Shown here one piece after another: positions 18,615 to 29,939 of a stretch of DNA of 64,000 bases. The translations under genes were made by a program, and so were the position numbers. Source of the stretch: Pseudomonadota bacterium (GTDB lineage: Bacteria > Pseudomonadota > Gammaproteobacteria > CALCKW01); NCBI GenBank assembly GCA_039196715.1, contig JBCCUP010000015.1, positions 4,292 through 68,291 of the forward strand, read 5' to 3'. How positions within the stretch are numbered: the stretch's first letter is position 1; every line of letters begins with the position of its first letter. Below the pieces are notes generated by a model that was not told where the DNA came from, searched no databases, and worked only from the letters and a program-made list of their open reading frames with translations.

Positions 18615-20981
18615 CTACCTGAGCTTCGCGCCCAACTCCTTTGCCACGTTCTCCAGGACACGGGACACCACGTCATCCACATCCTGCTCACTGAGAGTGC
18701 GCGAAAAGTCCTGTAAAATCAAGCCCAAAGCAACACTTTTGCATCCATCGGTTACACCTACGCCGGTGTACACGTCGAATACGATGAGATCGCTCAGCGT
18801 CGCACCGGCGTGCTGCCTTACCACATCCAGCAATCCTTGGACCGGAATGGCCGCGTCCAGCACCAGCGCCAGGTCACGCCGGACAGCCGGGAACCTGGAC
18901 AACCCTGCAAAGGTCGGCAACTGGCCGCCGGACAGCGCGTCCTGTGCCACCTCGAACACCACCGGGCGCGTGCTGAGTCCCAGCGATTCGATGTGTGTCG
19001 GGTGTAACTCGCCGAGCCAACCGGCGGGTTTGCCGTCGATCAGCACCTCGGCGCAGCGTCCCGGGTGCAAGGCGGCGTGCTCGCCAGCAGCACAGCGCAG
19101 GACTGCGCCCGAGCGCGCCACGAGGGCCTCGAGGTCGGCCTTGACGCTGAAGAAGTCCACCTCGGTGTTGTCCCGCCAGGTCTCGGCCCCCACGCCGCCG
19201 CAGGCGACACCGGCGACCAGGGGCGTCTCGACAACCGCACCCGCCGGGTCGCGCAGGTAGCGGCGACCGAGCTCGAACAACCGCACACGCGGCTGCTGGC
19301 GGTGCTGGTTGCGCTGCAGCGCCTGCACGAGTCCGGGCAGCAAACTGGTGCGCATGACCGCGAGGTCACTCGAGATCGGGTTGGCAAGTGGAATCGCATC
19401 GACACCGGGGATCAGTTGGGATTGCAACGCCGGGTCGACAAAGCTGTAGGTCACCGCCTCGAGGTACCCGCGCTCGACCAACACCGACCGCAGCGCGGCG
19501 ACGGGGGTTGACGTTTCCGACACCGCGCGCATCGTCAACGCCGTGTCCGGGCTGGTGCGCGAGATGCTGTCAAAGCCGCGAATGCGCGCGAGCTCCTCGA
19601 TCAGGTCCTCCTCGATGCGCAGGTCGTAGCGGCGGGCTGGCGGCACCGCGTCCCACCCGTCCTCCGCCGGCTGCAAGGCGACACCGAGCCGGCCCAGTAT
19701 CGCGCTCACCTCGGCGTCGTCGAAGGCGCAGCCGAGCACCGCCGGGATGCGTGCCCGGCGCAACCGGATGCACACCGCCTCCGCCGGGTAGTCGGCGTTC
19801 TCGACCACGTCGATCGGGCCGGGCTCCCCGCCGCAGATGTCGAGAACCAGCGCGGTCATGCGCTCGATCGCCTGCTCCTGCAGGCCGCGCTCGACACCGC
19901 GTTCGAACCGGGCCGCCGCATCGGTGTGCGCGTTGAGTGCGCGGGGTTTGCCGGCGATCGCGAGGTGGTGGAACAACGCGGCTTCGAGAAACACGTCGGT
20001 CGTGCCGTCGCTGACCCCGGTGCTGAGCCCGCCCATGATGCCGCCGAGACCGATCGGGCCGGACCCGTCGGTGATCAGGACGGTGCCGGCCTCAGGAGTC
20101 ACAACGCGCTCGTCCAGCAAGGTCACCGACTCGGCGCCGTCGGCGCCGCGCACGGTGATGCCGGTGTCGAGCGTGGCGAGGTCGTAGGCGTGCATCGGCT
20201 GGCCGAGCTCGAACATCACGTAATTGGTCAGGTCGACAATCGGCGAGATGCTGCGCACACCCGACCGGCGCAATTTTTCCACCAGCCACGCCGGTGACGG
20301 CGCGTCCGCCTTGACGCCCCGGATGACACGGCCGGCGAAGCGCACGCAGCCCGAGTTCGGCGCAATCGACACCGGCAGGCACTGGTCCTGCGTCGCCGCG
20401 ATGTCGGGGATTTCGACGGCGTTCACCGCCAAATCGTTACGTGCCGAGAGATCGAAGGCAACGCCGCGGATCGACAGACAGTCGCCCCGGTTCGGCGTGA
20501 GGTCGATGTCGAAGGTGACGTCATCGAGCCCGAGGTAGTCGACCACCGCGGTGCCGACCGGTGCGTCGTCAGCGAACTCGTACAAGCCCGCGTCTTCCTC
20601 GCTCAGCTCCAATTCGCGCGCACTGCAGAGCATGCCTTCCGAAGCCACGCCACGCAGTTTGCTTTTCTTGATTTTGATGCCGCCGGGCAACCGGGCGCCA
20701 GGCAGGGCCAATGGCGCGCGCAAGCCCGTCCGCGCGTTCGGCGCGCCACAGACGATCTGGACGGTACCCGCCCCGGTGTCCACCTGACAGACGCGCAGTC
20801 GGTCGGCATCGGGGTGCTGCTCGGTGGAGAGGATCTCGGCCACGATGACCTTGTCACCGAGGGCCGCGCCCCGTTCCAGATCGTCGACCTCCAAGCCCAG
20901 CAGCGTCAGTTGCTCGGCCAGGCCGTCGGTGTCAACCGCCGGGTTGACCCACTCGCGCAACCACCTTTCGGAAAATTTCAT
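18615..20981 (-). CDS. pheT: phenylalanine--tRNA ligase beta subunit
   Basis: 788 aa covering the tRNA-binding, B3/B4, B5 and FDX-ACB domains, immediately downstream of pheS. Confidence 0.9.
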   Translation of the reverse strand: MKFSERWLREWVNPAVDTDGLAEQLTLLGLEVDDLERGAALGDKVIVAEILSTEQHPDADRLRVCQVDTGAGTVQIVCGAPNARTGLRAPLALPGARLPGGIKIKKSKLRGVASEGMLCSARELELSEEDAGLYEFADDAPVGTAVVDYLGLDDVTFDIDLTPNRGDCLSIRGVAFDLSARNDLAVNAVEIPDIAATQDQCLPVSIAPNSGCVRFAGRVIRGVKADAPSPAWLVEKLRRSGVRSISPIVDLTNYVMFELGQPMHAYDLATLDTGITVRGADGAESVTLLDERVVTPEAGTVLITDGSGPIGLGGIMGGLSTGVSDGTTDVFLEAALFHHLAIAGKPRALNAHTDAAARFERGVERGLQEQAIERMTALVLDICGGEPGPIDVVENADYPAEAVCIRLRRARIPAVLGCAFDDAEVSAILGRLGVALQPAEDGWDAVPPARRYDLRIEEDLIEELARIRGFDSISRTSPDTALTMRAVSETSTPVAALRSVLVERGYLEAVTYSFVDPALQSQLIPGVDAIPLANPISSDLAVMRTSLLPGLVQALQRNQHRQQPRVRLFELGRRYLRDPAGAVVETPLVAGVACGGVGAETWRDNTEVDFFSVKADLEALVARSGAVLRCAAGEHAALHPGRCAEVLIDGKPAGWLGELHPTHIESLGLSTRPVVFEVAQDALSGGQLPTFAGLSRFPAVRRDLALVLDAAIPVQGLLDVVRQHAGATLSDLIVFDVYTGVGVTDGCKSVALGLILQDFSRTLSEQDVDDVVSRVLENVAKELGAKLR

Positions 20982-20992
20982 CGCCTTGCCCC

Positions 20993-22039
<1,047 letters not shown>

Positions 22040-22081
22040 TCATCGGCTGACGGTCGCAGTACAAGCTGCGAGGGCGACGGC

Positions 22082-22444
22082 TCAGGCCGTGCCGAGGTTG
22101 GCTTTGGCTTGCTCTGCGAGCTTTTCAAAGGCCGGAAAATCGTGCACGGCGAGGTCCGCCAGCACTTTGCGGTCGACCTCGACGTTGGCCTTGTTGAGCC
22201 CGTCGATCAAGCGGCTGTAGGACAGATCGCACATGCGGGCCGCCGCGTTGATGCGGGCGATCCAGAGTGCGCGGAACTGACGCTTGCGCTGGCGACGGTC
22301 GCGGTAGGCGTACTGTCCCGCCTTGGTGACTGCCTGTTTGGCAACGCGAAAGACCCGGCTGCGCGCGCCGCGGTAGCCTTTGGCCTTCTTCAGAATTTTC
22401 TTGTGGCGTGCACGTGCCGTGACGCCGCGTTTCACTCGAGCCAT
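22082..22444 (-). CDS. rplT: 50S ribosomal protein L20
   Basis: [39 protein letters not shown]... Confidence 0.9.
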   Translation of the reverse strand: MARVKRGVTARARHKKILKKAKGYRGARSRVFRVAKQAVTKAGQYAYRDRRQRKRQFRALWIARINAAARMCDLSYSRLIDGLNKANVEVDRKVLADLAVHDFPAFEKLAEQAKANLGTA

Positions 22445-22460
22445 GGTTCTCTACCTCGGG

Positions 22461-22655
22461 TCAGACGTGGGGCAGCATTTGCTTGACGGACGCAACATCG
22501 CAGGCTTCCACCTGGTGCTTGGGTCCGAGCTGGCGTTTCCGCTTGCTGGCCTTCTTGGTGAGAATGTGACGCTTGTACGACTGGGCGTGCTTGAACCCGT
22601 TCGCGGTTTTTCGAAAGCGCTTGGCCGCGCCCCGAAGCGTTTTGATCTTCGGCAT
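22461..22655 (-). CDS. rpmI: 50S ribosomal protein L35
   Basis: [42 protein letters not shown]. Start verified at 22655. Confidence 0.9.
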   Translation of the reverse strand: MPKIKTLRGAAKRFRKTANGFKHAQSYKRHILTKKASKRKRQLGPKHQVEACDVASVKQMLPHV

Positions 22656-22770
22656 GTCAACTCCCGTTTCCTGTGTTGTGTTTTTCTGGCCCCGCTCAGT
22701 CGGAGTGGTACTGAGACGGGGGCAATGGGCCCTGCGCGCGGCTAGCCGCGGCCGGGCCATCAGGCCATGA

Positions 22771-23289
22771 TCACTTGCGCTTGGGCGCGAGCATCATGAC
22801 CATCTGCCGCCCCTCGAGGAGCGGCTTCTGTTCAACGGTGGAGATCTCGTCGAGATCCTGCTCCACACGCTGCAACAGTTGGAGCCCCAGCTCCCGGTGC
22901 GCCATCTCGCGCCCGCGGAACCGCAGCGTGACTTTCGCCTTGTCACCGTTTTCGATGAACTCGGTCAGCTTGCGCAGCTTGACCTGGTAATCGGCGTCCT
23001 CGGTACCGGGCCGGAACTTGATCTCCTTGACCTGCTGCTGCTTCTGCTTCTTCTTGCCAGCGTTCTGCTTCTTGGACTGCTCAAACCGGTACCGCCCGAA
23101 GTCCATGATCCGGCACACCGGCGGGTCGGACTGGGGGGCGATCTCGACGAGGTCGAGACTGGCCTCTTCGGCGGCGGACAAGGCGTCGCGTATGGACATG
23201 ATGCCGGCTTGTTCGCCATCGGCGGTGATCAGTCGAACGGTTTGTACGGTGATTTCACCGTTGTGCCGCAGTCGGTTTTTTGCAGCTAT
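22771..23289 (-). CDS. infC: translation initiation factor IF-3
   Basis: ...[32 protein letters not shown]...[22 protein letters not shown]...[13 protein letters not shown]. Alignment to E. coli IF3 puts the start at an ATA (or nearby non-AUG) codon around 23289, 5 nt after the thrS stop. Confidence 0.8.
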   Translation of the reverse strand: MAAKNRLRHNGEITVQTVRLITADGEQAGIMSIRDALSAAEEASLDLVEIAPQSDPPVCRIMDFGRYRFEQSKKQNAGKKKQKQQQVKEIKFRPGTEDADYQVKLRKLTEFIENGDKAKVTLRFRGREMAHRELGLQLLQRVEQDLDEISTVEQKPLLEGRQMVMMLAPKRK

Positions 23290-23293
23290 TGCG

Positions 23294-25219
23294 CTATCCC
23301 TCTTCAGTTGTTCGGCCGCGGTTGGCGACCTCGGTGCCGAGCCGCTCGGCAAAGGCATCGATCGACATCGTGCCCAGGTCCTCGCCGTCTCGGGTGCGCA
23401 CCGCACAGGAGCCGGCGTCCATCTCCCGGTCGCCGACAACGAGCAGATACGGCACACGTTGCAAAGTGTAATTGCGTATCTTAAATCCGATCTTCTCGTT
23501 CCTCAAGTCCGCCGAGACCCGAAAGCCCTTGTCCTGCAAGGCTTTGGCGGTGTTTTCAGCGTACTCGCCCTGCGCGTCTGTGATGTTCAGCACCACCGCC
23601 TGCTCGGGGGCCAGCCAGGCCGGGAAGCGCCCGGCGTGGTGCTCGATCAGGATGCCGATGAAGCGCTCGAAGGAACCGATGGTTGCGCGGTGGAGAAGTA
23701 CGGGCACATCGCGTTCGCCCGCCTCGTTGACATATTGAGACCCAAGTCGACCCGGCATGTTGAAATCGACCTGCAAGGTGCCGCACTGCCAGACGCGGCC
23801 GATGGTGTCCTTGAGCGAAAACTCGATCTTCGGCCCGTAGAAGGCGCCCTCGCCCGGCAGCTCCTCCCAGTCGATGCCCTTGGCGTCGAGCGCCTCGGCC
23901 AGGGCCTTCTCGGCGCGGTCCCAGGTCTCGTCCGAGCCGACGCGTTTCTCCGGCCGCGTTGACAGCTTGTAGATGATGTCGTCGAAGCCGAAGTCAGCAT
24001 AAATGCGGTGTAAAAAGTCGATGAATGCGAGGCTCTCACTGAGAATCTGCTCCTCAGTGCAGAAAATGTGGCCGTCATCCTGGACAAAGCCGCGCACCCG
24101 CATGATGCCGTGCAGAGCGCCGGACAACTCGTTGCGATGACAAAGACCAAACTCGGTAAAACGCAGCGGCAGGTCTCTGTAGCTACGCAGGCCCTGGTTG
24201 AAGACCTGCACGTGGCCCGGACAGTTCATCGGTTTCACCGCGTAATCGCGGTCCTCCGACTGCGTCGTGAACATGTTCTCCGCGTATTTTTCCCAGTGCC
24301 CGGACTTCTCCCACAGGGAGCGGTCAATAATCTGCGGCGTTCGGATCTCCAGGTAGCCGTGGTCGCTCTGCTGCTGACGCATGTACTGCTCGACTTGCTG
24401 CCAGAGTGTCCAGCCGTTCGGGTGCCAGAACACCATACCCGGCGCCTCTTCCTGCAGGTGAAACAGGTTTTGCTGTTTCGCGATTTTGCGGTGGTCGCGC
24501 TTCTCGGCTTCTTCGAGCTGGTGCAGGTAGGCCTTCAGGGCCTTTTTGTCCGCCCAGGCGGTGCCGTACACGCGCTGGAGCATGGCGTTGTTGCTGTCAC
24601 CGCGCCAGTAAGCGCCGGCAACGCTCATCAGCTTGAACGCCTTGATGAACCCGGTGTTCGGCACATGCGGACCGCGGCAGAGGTCGACAAACTCTGCCTG
24701 CGTGTAGAGGCTGAGGTCCTCGTTGGAGGGAATCGAGTCGACGATCTCGGCCTTGTACGCCTCGCCCTTGTCGGTGAAAAACGCCACGGCGTCGTCCCGA
24801 CCGATCAGCGAGCGCTCGATCGGGATCTGCTGCTTGGCGAGCTCGGCCATGCGCGCCTCGATCTTGCCGAGGTCGTCCTCGGTCAACGGTTCGACCGTGG
24901 CGAAGTCGTAGTAGAAGCCGTTTTCGATCACCGGCCCGATGGTGACCTGCGTTCCGGGGTAGAGCTGTTGCACCGCCTGCGCCATCAGGTGCGCGCAGGA
25001 GTGGCGTATCACCTCGACGCCCTCGTCGTCCTTGGCGGTGACGATGGCGAGCTGCGCATCCTCGGCGATCACGTGGTGGGTGTCGACCAGGGTGCCATCG
25101 ACCTTGCCGACCACCGCGGCCTTGGCAAGCCCCGGCCCTATGTTTGCTGCCACCTCGTGCACTGACACGGGCGCATCGAACTCTCGCTGACTGCCGTCAG
25201 GCAGCGTGATTACCGGCAT
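23294..25219 (-). CDS. thrS: threonine--tRNA ligase
   Basis: [28 protein letters not shown] (TGS domain), then a class II core and anticodon-binding domain. Start ATG at 25219. Confidence 0.9.
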   Translation of the reverse strand: MPVITLPDGSQREFDAPVSVHEVAANIGPGLAKAAVVGKVDGTLVDTHHVIAEDAQLAIVTAKDDEGVEVIRHSCAHLMAQAVQQLYPGTQVTIGPVIENGFYYDFATVEPLTEDDLGKIEARMAELAKQQIPIERSLIGRDDAVAFFTDKGEAYKAEIVDSIPSNEDLSLYTQAEFVDLCRGPHVPNTGFIKAFKLMSVAGAYWRGDSNNAMLQRVYGTAWADKKALKAYLHQLEEAEKRDHRKIAKQQNLFHLQEEAPGMVFWHPNGWTLWQQVEQYMRQQQSDHGYLEIRTPQIIDRSLWEKSGHWEKYAENMFTTQSEDRDYAVKPMNCPGHVQVFNQGLRSYRDLPLRFTEFGLCHRNELSGALHGIMRVRGFVQDDGHIFCTEEQILSESLAFIDFLHRIYADFGFDDIIYKLSTRPEKRVGSDETWDRAEKALAEALDAKGIDWEELPGEGAFYGPKIEFSLKDTIGRVWQCGTLQVDFNMPGRLGSQYVNEAGERDVPVLLHRATIGSFERFIGILIEHHAGRFPAWLAPEQAVVLNITDAQGEYAENTAKALQDKGFRVSADLRNEKIGFKIRNYTLQRVPYLLVVGDREMDAGSCAVRTRDGEDLGTMSIDAFAERLGTEVANRGRTTEEG

Positions 25220-25432
25220 GGTCGCTACTCGTCTGAAAGGCCGCAAGCGCAGCCGAGAAAACCCACTATCTTAGCAAGTTGGGGCCCATTGATGCGGACA
25301 AAAGCGAATATTGTGGCGCGAACCCGGCACGCCACCGCGTTGTGCTGCACTGCGGTGTGCATGGCACTCGCCGGTTGCGACAGTGGCAGCAGCCGCACAC
25401 CGGCATTGCCCTGACAGGGCAGCGCGGCCGCG

Positions 25433-26021
25433 ATGCACGCCACTGCACCGCGGCTCCCGCTGTGGATCACCGACGCGGCCCTGCGCAGCCTCGACGGCGC
25501 CATCGAAGGCTGCACCACACTCAGCATCAACCCCGGCAACCCGAGCGTGGAGAACCGCCCGGCGGTTGGTTTTCGGTCGCCTCGCTGCAGCGCTTCGCCA
25601 GCGTCGACGCGCTCTGTGGCCGCGACAGCACCGTCACAGCGCAGTACACCCGGTTGGTCGACACCGCCACGGTGACCACGGCTGGCGCCATGCCACCCGT
25701 CGGCCTGCCGCTGCCGAGTCCGGCGTCGGGGACGGGCCCGCTGACCCACACCCCACTCGGCAGCCATCTCACCGTCCCGGTCGCCCAGGTACAGTCCACG
25801 CTGCCGTTCGACAGCGCCGAGTGCGATCCCGAGGTCATCGACGATTCGCTGCCCACCCCGCCGCACGTCTACCTCAACACCGTCGGTGGCGTGGCCGGGC
25901 TGACCGGCACCCTGAGCTGGGCCAGCCCACCGACCGACGTGCCCTGGGCCAGACCCGACCGGCTTGCGGCCACACCACGCCAGCCAGATACTGGCGCGCA
26001 CGCAGCCGAGGGGGCCCGACC
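25433..26021 (+). pseudogene. unknown N-terminal coding region read through two apparent -1 frame changes into the WYL regulator gene
   Basis: GC3 is >90% in frame A (25433-25575), then frame B (about 25578-25920), then frame C (from about 25920, continuous with the YafY CDS). Frame changes occur at a TTTT run (25571-25574) and near GGGCC/CCC (about 25915-25930). There is no independent canonical start for the downstream regulator. Confidence 0.3.
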
Positions 26022-26975
26022 ATCAAACGTTTCGACCGCGTCAACGCCATCCTGGTGTTGTTGCAAGGCCGCCGCCAGGTGCGCGCCGCCGACCTGGCCG
26101 AACGCTTCGGGGTCAGCGAGCGCTCGATCTACCGGGACATTCGCGCGCTCGAAGCCGCGGGCATTCCGATCCTGGGCGAGCCCGGCGTCGGCTACCGGCT
26201 CGACCGCAGCTACCGCCTGCCGCCGGTCAATGTCCAGAGCGACGAGGCCCTCGCGCTCGCGATTGCCGCGAAGTTCGCGGCCACACGCCTCGGTGGCCGG
26301 GTGGCGGAGGACGCGACGCGGGCCATGGACAAGGTGCTGACGGCGCTGGCGCCGGTGGAGCGGCGACGGCTGACGGACTTCATCGACACCGTCGCCCTGC
26401 CGGACGGCAACACGCCGACCCCGAGCGGCCAGGGCGACGGCTGGCTTGGCCTGCTGCAACACGCGCTGACCGAGCGCCGCGTCGTCGAGCTCGACTACTG
26501 CCCGCCGACGCGACCGGCATCGCGTCGGGCTGTCGAGCCGATTGGCGTGTGCCACTACAGCCAGCACTGGCACCTGATTGCCTGGTGTCGCCGTCGCGCG
26601 GCCTACCGCGACTTCCGCCTCGACCGCATTCGCGAGGCCCACCTGCAGGCCGAGCACGTGCCGGCCGATCGGCGCACCGGCATCGAAGACTACCTCGCCA
26701 CACTCGGTTCGACCGAGGCACTCACACCGATCACCGTGGTGTTCGACACCCGCATGGCACACGTCGTTGGGGCCGAGCGCTACCGACACGGGTTCATCGA
26801 CGCCGAGACGCACGACGACGGCGTTCACATGCGGTTCATGTGCGCGCACACCGAGTACCTGTGCCGCTGGCTGCTGCAGTACACGACTGGCGTGCAGCGC
26901 ATTGACGGCGGCGACGCGCCCGCGCAGTGGCACACACTGGTTCGGGCGTTGTCAGACCACGCCACCGCGCGCTGA
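26022..26975 (+). CDS. YafY-family transcriptional regulator (N-terminal HTH + WYL domain)
   Basis: IKRFDRVNAILVLLQGRRQVRAADLAERFGVSERSIYRDIRALEAAGIPI is a DeoR-type HTH. A WYL-like domain and C-terminal extension follow. The codon at the expected start is ATC, so there is no canonical start, and the frame stays open upstream. Confidence 0.6.
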   Translation: MKRFDRVNAILVLLQGRRQVRAADLAERFGVSERSIYRDIRALEAAGIPILGEPGVGYRLDRSYRLPPVNVQSDEALALAIAAKFAATRLGGRVAEDATRAMDKVLTALAPVERRRLTDFIDTVALPDGNTPTPSGQGDGWLGLLQHALTERRVVELDYCPPTRPASRRAVEPIGVCHYSQHWHLIAWCRRRAAYRDFRLDRIREAHLQAEHVPADRRTGIEDYLATLGSTEALTPITVVFDTRMAHVVGAERYRHGFIDAETHDDGVHMRFMCAHTEYLCRWLLQYTTGVQRIDGGDAPAQWHTLVRALSDHATAR

Positions 26976-27971
26976 GCCGGGCTGCCCCGCGCGCCAGGCA
27001 CTCGGGGTGGTGCCGGTGACGCGCTTGAACTCGCGGTTGAAACTCGACTTGGTGTTGAACCCACTCTCGAAGATCACGTCGGTGACCGCCCGCTCGGGCG
27101 CCGCCAACAGCGCCTGTGCATGCTCGATGCGCAAGCGATTGATCCACTGCGAGACGTTCATGCCCTCGACCGCGTTGACCGCGGCCGAGACCCGCTTGGT
27201 CGGCACACCCACCTTGCGCGCGAGCCGTTGCAGGTTGAGGTCCGGGTCGAGGTACAAGGTGTGTGCCCGAACGCCCGCATCCACGGTGGCGAAGTCGGCA
27301 GTGCGCCGGGCGGCACCGTCGCCCGAGTCGTCCACCGCACCCTCCCCCGCGGGCTCGCCGGGGGGCACACTGCGCCAGAGCAGCACGGCGACACCGACCA
27401 CCGTAAGCGCCTGCACCACGCCCATGATACGGCCGAGGTTGGCACCGCCGGTGCGACCGAAATCGATCGCGATCGCGATATCCGCACCACAGGAACTCAC
27501 CAGCGCCACCACGACCACCCAGAGCGCAAGGCGGCTCGAGGCCATGTCGCCAAGCCGCGCCCAGGGCATCGCCTGCTCACCACGCAAACCGAAGCGCGCC
27601 AACAGCGCCGCGTAGACCAGAAAGGTCAGCGGCACGATCAGGTCGATGGCCGGTGGGAACGCAACCAGCGCGAGGGCCACCGCCCCAACCGGCACGGCGT
27701 GCGGCCACGCACCGCGGCCGAAGGCCGGCCGCACGAAGCTCGCGTAGGCCAACGGTGGCAACAACACCGCCGTGACCGGCAGCAACGCACCGAGCAGGTC
27801 GAGTGCGTAGCCGTGACGCAGGCCAAGGAGGATCGATTGCAGCGCCGCCAGAGCGAAGAAGCCCTCGGCATAGCTGATCGAGACCGCCCCTCGCGGGCGG
27901 TTCGCCCGCAGCGCGAGCAACAGCGTCAGCAACACCGCAGCAGTCAAAAAAGGAAAGGGAATCAGCAACAT
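26952..27971 (-). CDS. AraC-family transcriptional regulator with N-terminal 6-TM membrane domain
   Basis: 339 aa. The N-terminal about 200 aa are hydrophobic helices (MLLIPFPFLTAAVLLTLLL...). The C-terminus has the AraC HTH (SQWINRLRIEHAQALL...IFESGFNTKSSFNREFKRVTGTTPS). ATG at 27971 verified. Confidence 0.7.
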   Translation of the reverse strand: MLLIPFPFLTAAVLLTLLLALRANRPRGAVSISYAEGFFALAALQSILLGLRHGYALDLLGALLPVTAVLLPPLAYASFVRPAFGRGAWPHAVPVGAVALALVAFPPAIDLIVPLTFLVYAALLARFGLRGEQAMPWARLGDMASSRLALWVVVVALVSSCGADIAIAIDFGRTGGANLGRIMGVVQALTVVGVAVLLWRSVPPGEPAGEGAVDDSGDGAARRTADFATVDAGVRAHTLYLDPDLNLQRLARKVGVPTKRVSAAVNAVEGMNVSQWINRLRIEHAQALLAAPERAVTDVIFESGFNTKSSFNREFKRVTGTTPSAWRAGQPGSARGGVV

Positions 27972-28109
27972 GGCGACGGTGTGTGCGGTCTCGACCAGGT
28001 TGCATGTTAGCAAAACCCGCATCTGCGACGTCGCACATCCGTTTCCTGGACGCGGGCTGCGGGGCCGCCGCCGATGCTGTGACGGCACCTCACACAGCGA
28101 GAACCACTC

Positions 28110-29180
28110 ATGTACACACGCCATTTCACTCAACCGCTCGCCGCAGCGCTGGCCGCCAGCGCGCTCGCCCTGGCAACTCAGACACCCGCATTCGCCGCCG
28201 ATGCCGCCACCGACACGCGCGTTGGCATGACTCACCTCAGCGTGCCGGACTCGAACGGAGAGCGGGCCTTGACTGGCTGGGTCTGGTACCCAACCGCATC
28301 GGACGCACCGGAGGCCCGCGTGCTGGGGAACCCGGTCTGGGCCCCCGTCGACGCGGTCGAGAACGCCACACCGGCGCGCGGGGCGCACCCGGTGCTGCTG
28401 GTGTCTCACGGCATGTACGGCAACACGCGCAACCAGGCCTGGTTGGCGCGCCGACTGGCCCAACGCGGCTACCTGGTCGCTGCTGTCAACCACCCCGGCA
28501 GCACCACACGCGACCGCCGACCGAGCGAATCTCGCAAGCTCTGGGAGCGACCGCGCGACCTCTCTCGATTGCTCGACGCCCTGCTCGAGGCACCCGAGTG
28601 GCGCAACCACGTCGACGCCGACCGCGTGGCCGCAGCCGGGCACTCGCTCGGGGGTTTGACCGTGATGCGCCTCGCCGGCGCGCTCGGCGACAACGCGCGC
28701 CATCGCCAGCTGTGTGCCGCCGATCCCGGCCACGTCGACTGCCAGGCACTGGCACAGCTCAACATCGGCCACGTCGAAGACACCGCGCGATTGGCGATGA
28801 GCAACCGCGACCCGCGGGTTCGGGCAGTGGTGTCGATGGACCTCGGTGGCACGCAATCGCTCGACCAGGCGAGCCTCGAGGCCATCAGCGTGCCAGTGCT
28901 GGTGATGGGCGCGTCACGCGGCGAACAGCTCGATCAGGCGCGTGAATCCCGGGCGCTGGCCGCGCGCCTGCCCGCGGGGGTTCGACACCGCTTCGACCTG
29001 CCGGACGTGGGTCACTTCGACTACCTCGGCGTCTGCACCGACATCGGCCTCGCGATCCTCCGCGACGAGGAACCCGAGGACGCCGTGGTCTGCGAACGGG
29101 GCACCGCCGAGCGCGACGCGAAGCACACGGCGTTTGCCGAGGCGATCGACGCCTTTCTGACCGACGCGCTGGCCCGCTAG
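28110..29180 (+). CDS. secreted alpha/beta-hydrolase (dienelactone hydrolase / PAF-acetylhydrolase-like serine hydrolase)
   Basis: Signal peptide MYTRHFTQPLAAALAASALALATQTPAFA, nucleophile elbow GHSLGG, and a conserved His near the C-terminus. Confidence 0.7.
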   Translation: MYTRHFTQPLAAALAASALALATQTPAFAADAATDTRVGMTHLSVPDSNGERALTGWVWYPTASDAPEARVLGNPVWAPVDAVENATPARGAHPVLLVSHGMYGNTRNQAWLARRLAQRGYLVAAVNHPGSTTRDRRPSESRKLWERPRDLSRLLDALLEAPEWRNHVDADRVAAAGHSLGGLTVMRLAGALGDNARHRQLCAADPGHVDCQALAQLNIGHVEDTARLAMSNRDPRVRAVVSMDLGGTQSLDQASLEAISVPVLVMGASRGEQLDQARESRALAARLPAGVRHRFDLPDVGHFDYLGVCTDIGLAILRDEEPEDAVVCERGTAERDAKHTAFAEAIDAFLTDALAR

Positions 29181-29304
29181 CGCGATGGCGGTGCCGGCCT
29201 CGCCCCGCGCGAGGTCGGCGCCGCTCCCGGGGCGAAACGCTCCTGACACAGGACTGTCAGGGGACGCGGGGACACTGCACCGGCACACCGAACCGGAGCC
29301 CACC

Positions 29305-29778
29305 ATGCAGATCGATACCCTCACCGCCCAGACCGCCCTCGCAACCTCACTCGACACCTGCCTCGCCACGCTGAGCCGGGATGTCGACGGTCCCGTCCAG
29401 GCGCTCTACGCCGACCTTGCCGCCCAGCGCATCGCGCCGGACGCGCCCCTCGTGTTCATCTACCGCGACCTCGACGGCGACCCGCAGCGGCGCTTCACCC
29501 TCGAAGTTGCACAGCCGCTCGAGGAGGCCGACCTCGCCACCTACGACGGCGCACTGCGCGCCGTGACACTCACGCCACTGCGCTGTGTGCAGCGCGAGCA
29601 CCTGGGCGACCTCGAGGACATGGGTAGCCGCACCTACGCGCCGTTGTTCGCCGACATCGCCGCCGCCGGGCTGACACCGGGCGCGCAGTGCCGCGAGGTC
29701 TACAGCGTGTACAACGGGCCGCACAGTGCGGACAACCGCACGCTCGTTCAAGTCGAAGTGCAGGCCGCTGGCGGCTGA
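29305..29778 (+). CDS. hypothetical protein (~157 aa), possibly GyrI-like small-molecule-binding fold
   Basis: ATG at 29305 with a GGAG RBS. Composition and size resemble AraC-effector/GyrI-like domain proteins. The assignment is tentative. Confidence 0.35.
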   Translation: MQIDTLTAQTALATSLDTCLATLSRDVDGPVQALYADLAAQRIAPDAPLVFIYRDLDGDPQRRFTLEVAQPLEEADLATYDGALRAVTLTPLRCVQREHLGDLEDMGSRTYAPLFADIAAAGLTPGAQCREVYSVYNGPHSADNRTLVQVEVQAAGG

Positions 29779-29939
29779 GCACCGCGAGCTTGCGCTCGCT
29801 ACCCTGCCGGGCGCCCGGCGACCGTCGGCGCAGCGGCGGGTCGCCGCGTCGAACCAGCCGATACTGTCGCGACGGTTGTCACCACCGCGGCGGCAGCCGG
29901 TCGCGGTGCTACCCTGTGGTTTTGCCCATCGGACTGCCC

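Noticed and set aside
25313-25414. Short frame encoding a lipoprotein-like signal (…ALCCTAVCMALAGCDSGSS…)
   Set aside because: The frame terminates after about 33 codons and has no start context. This is probably chance.
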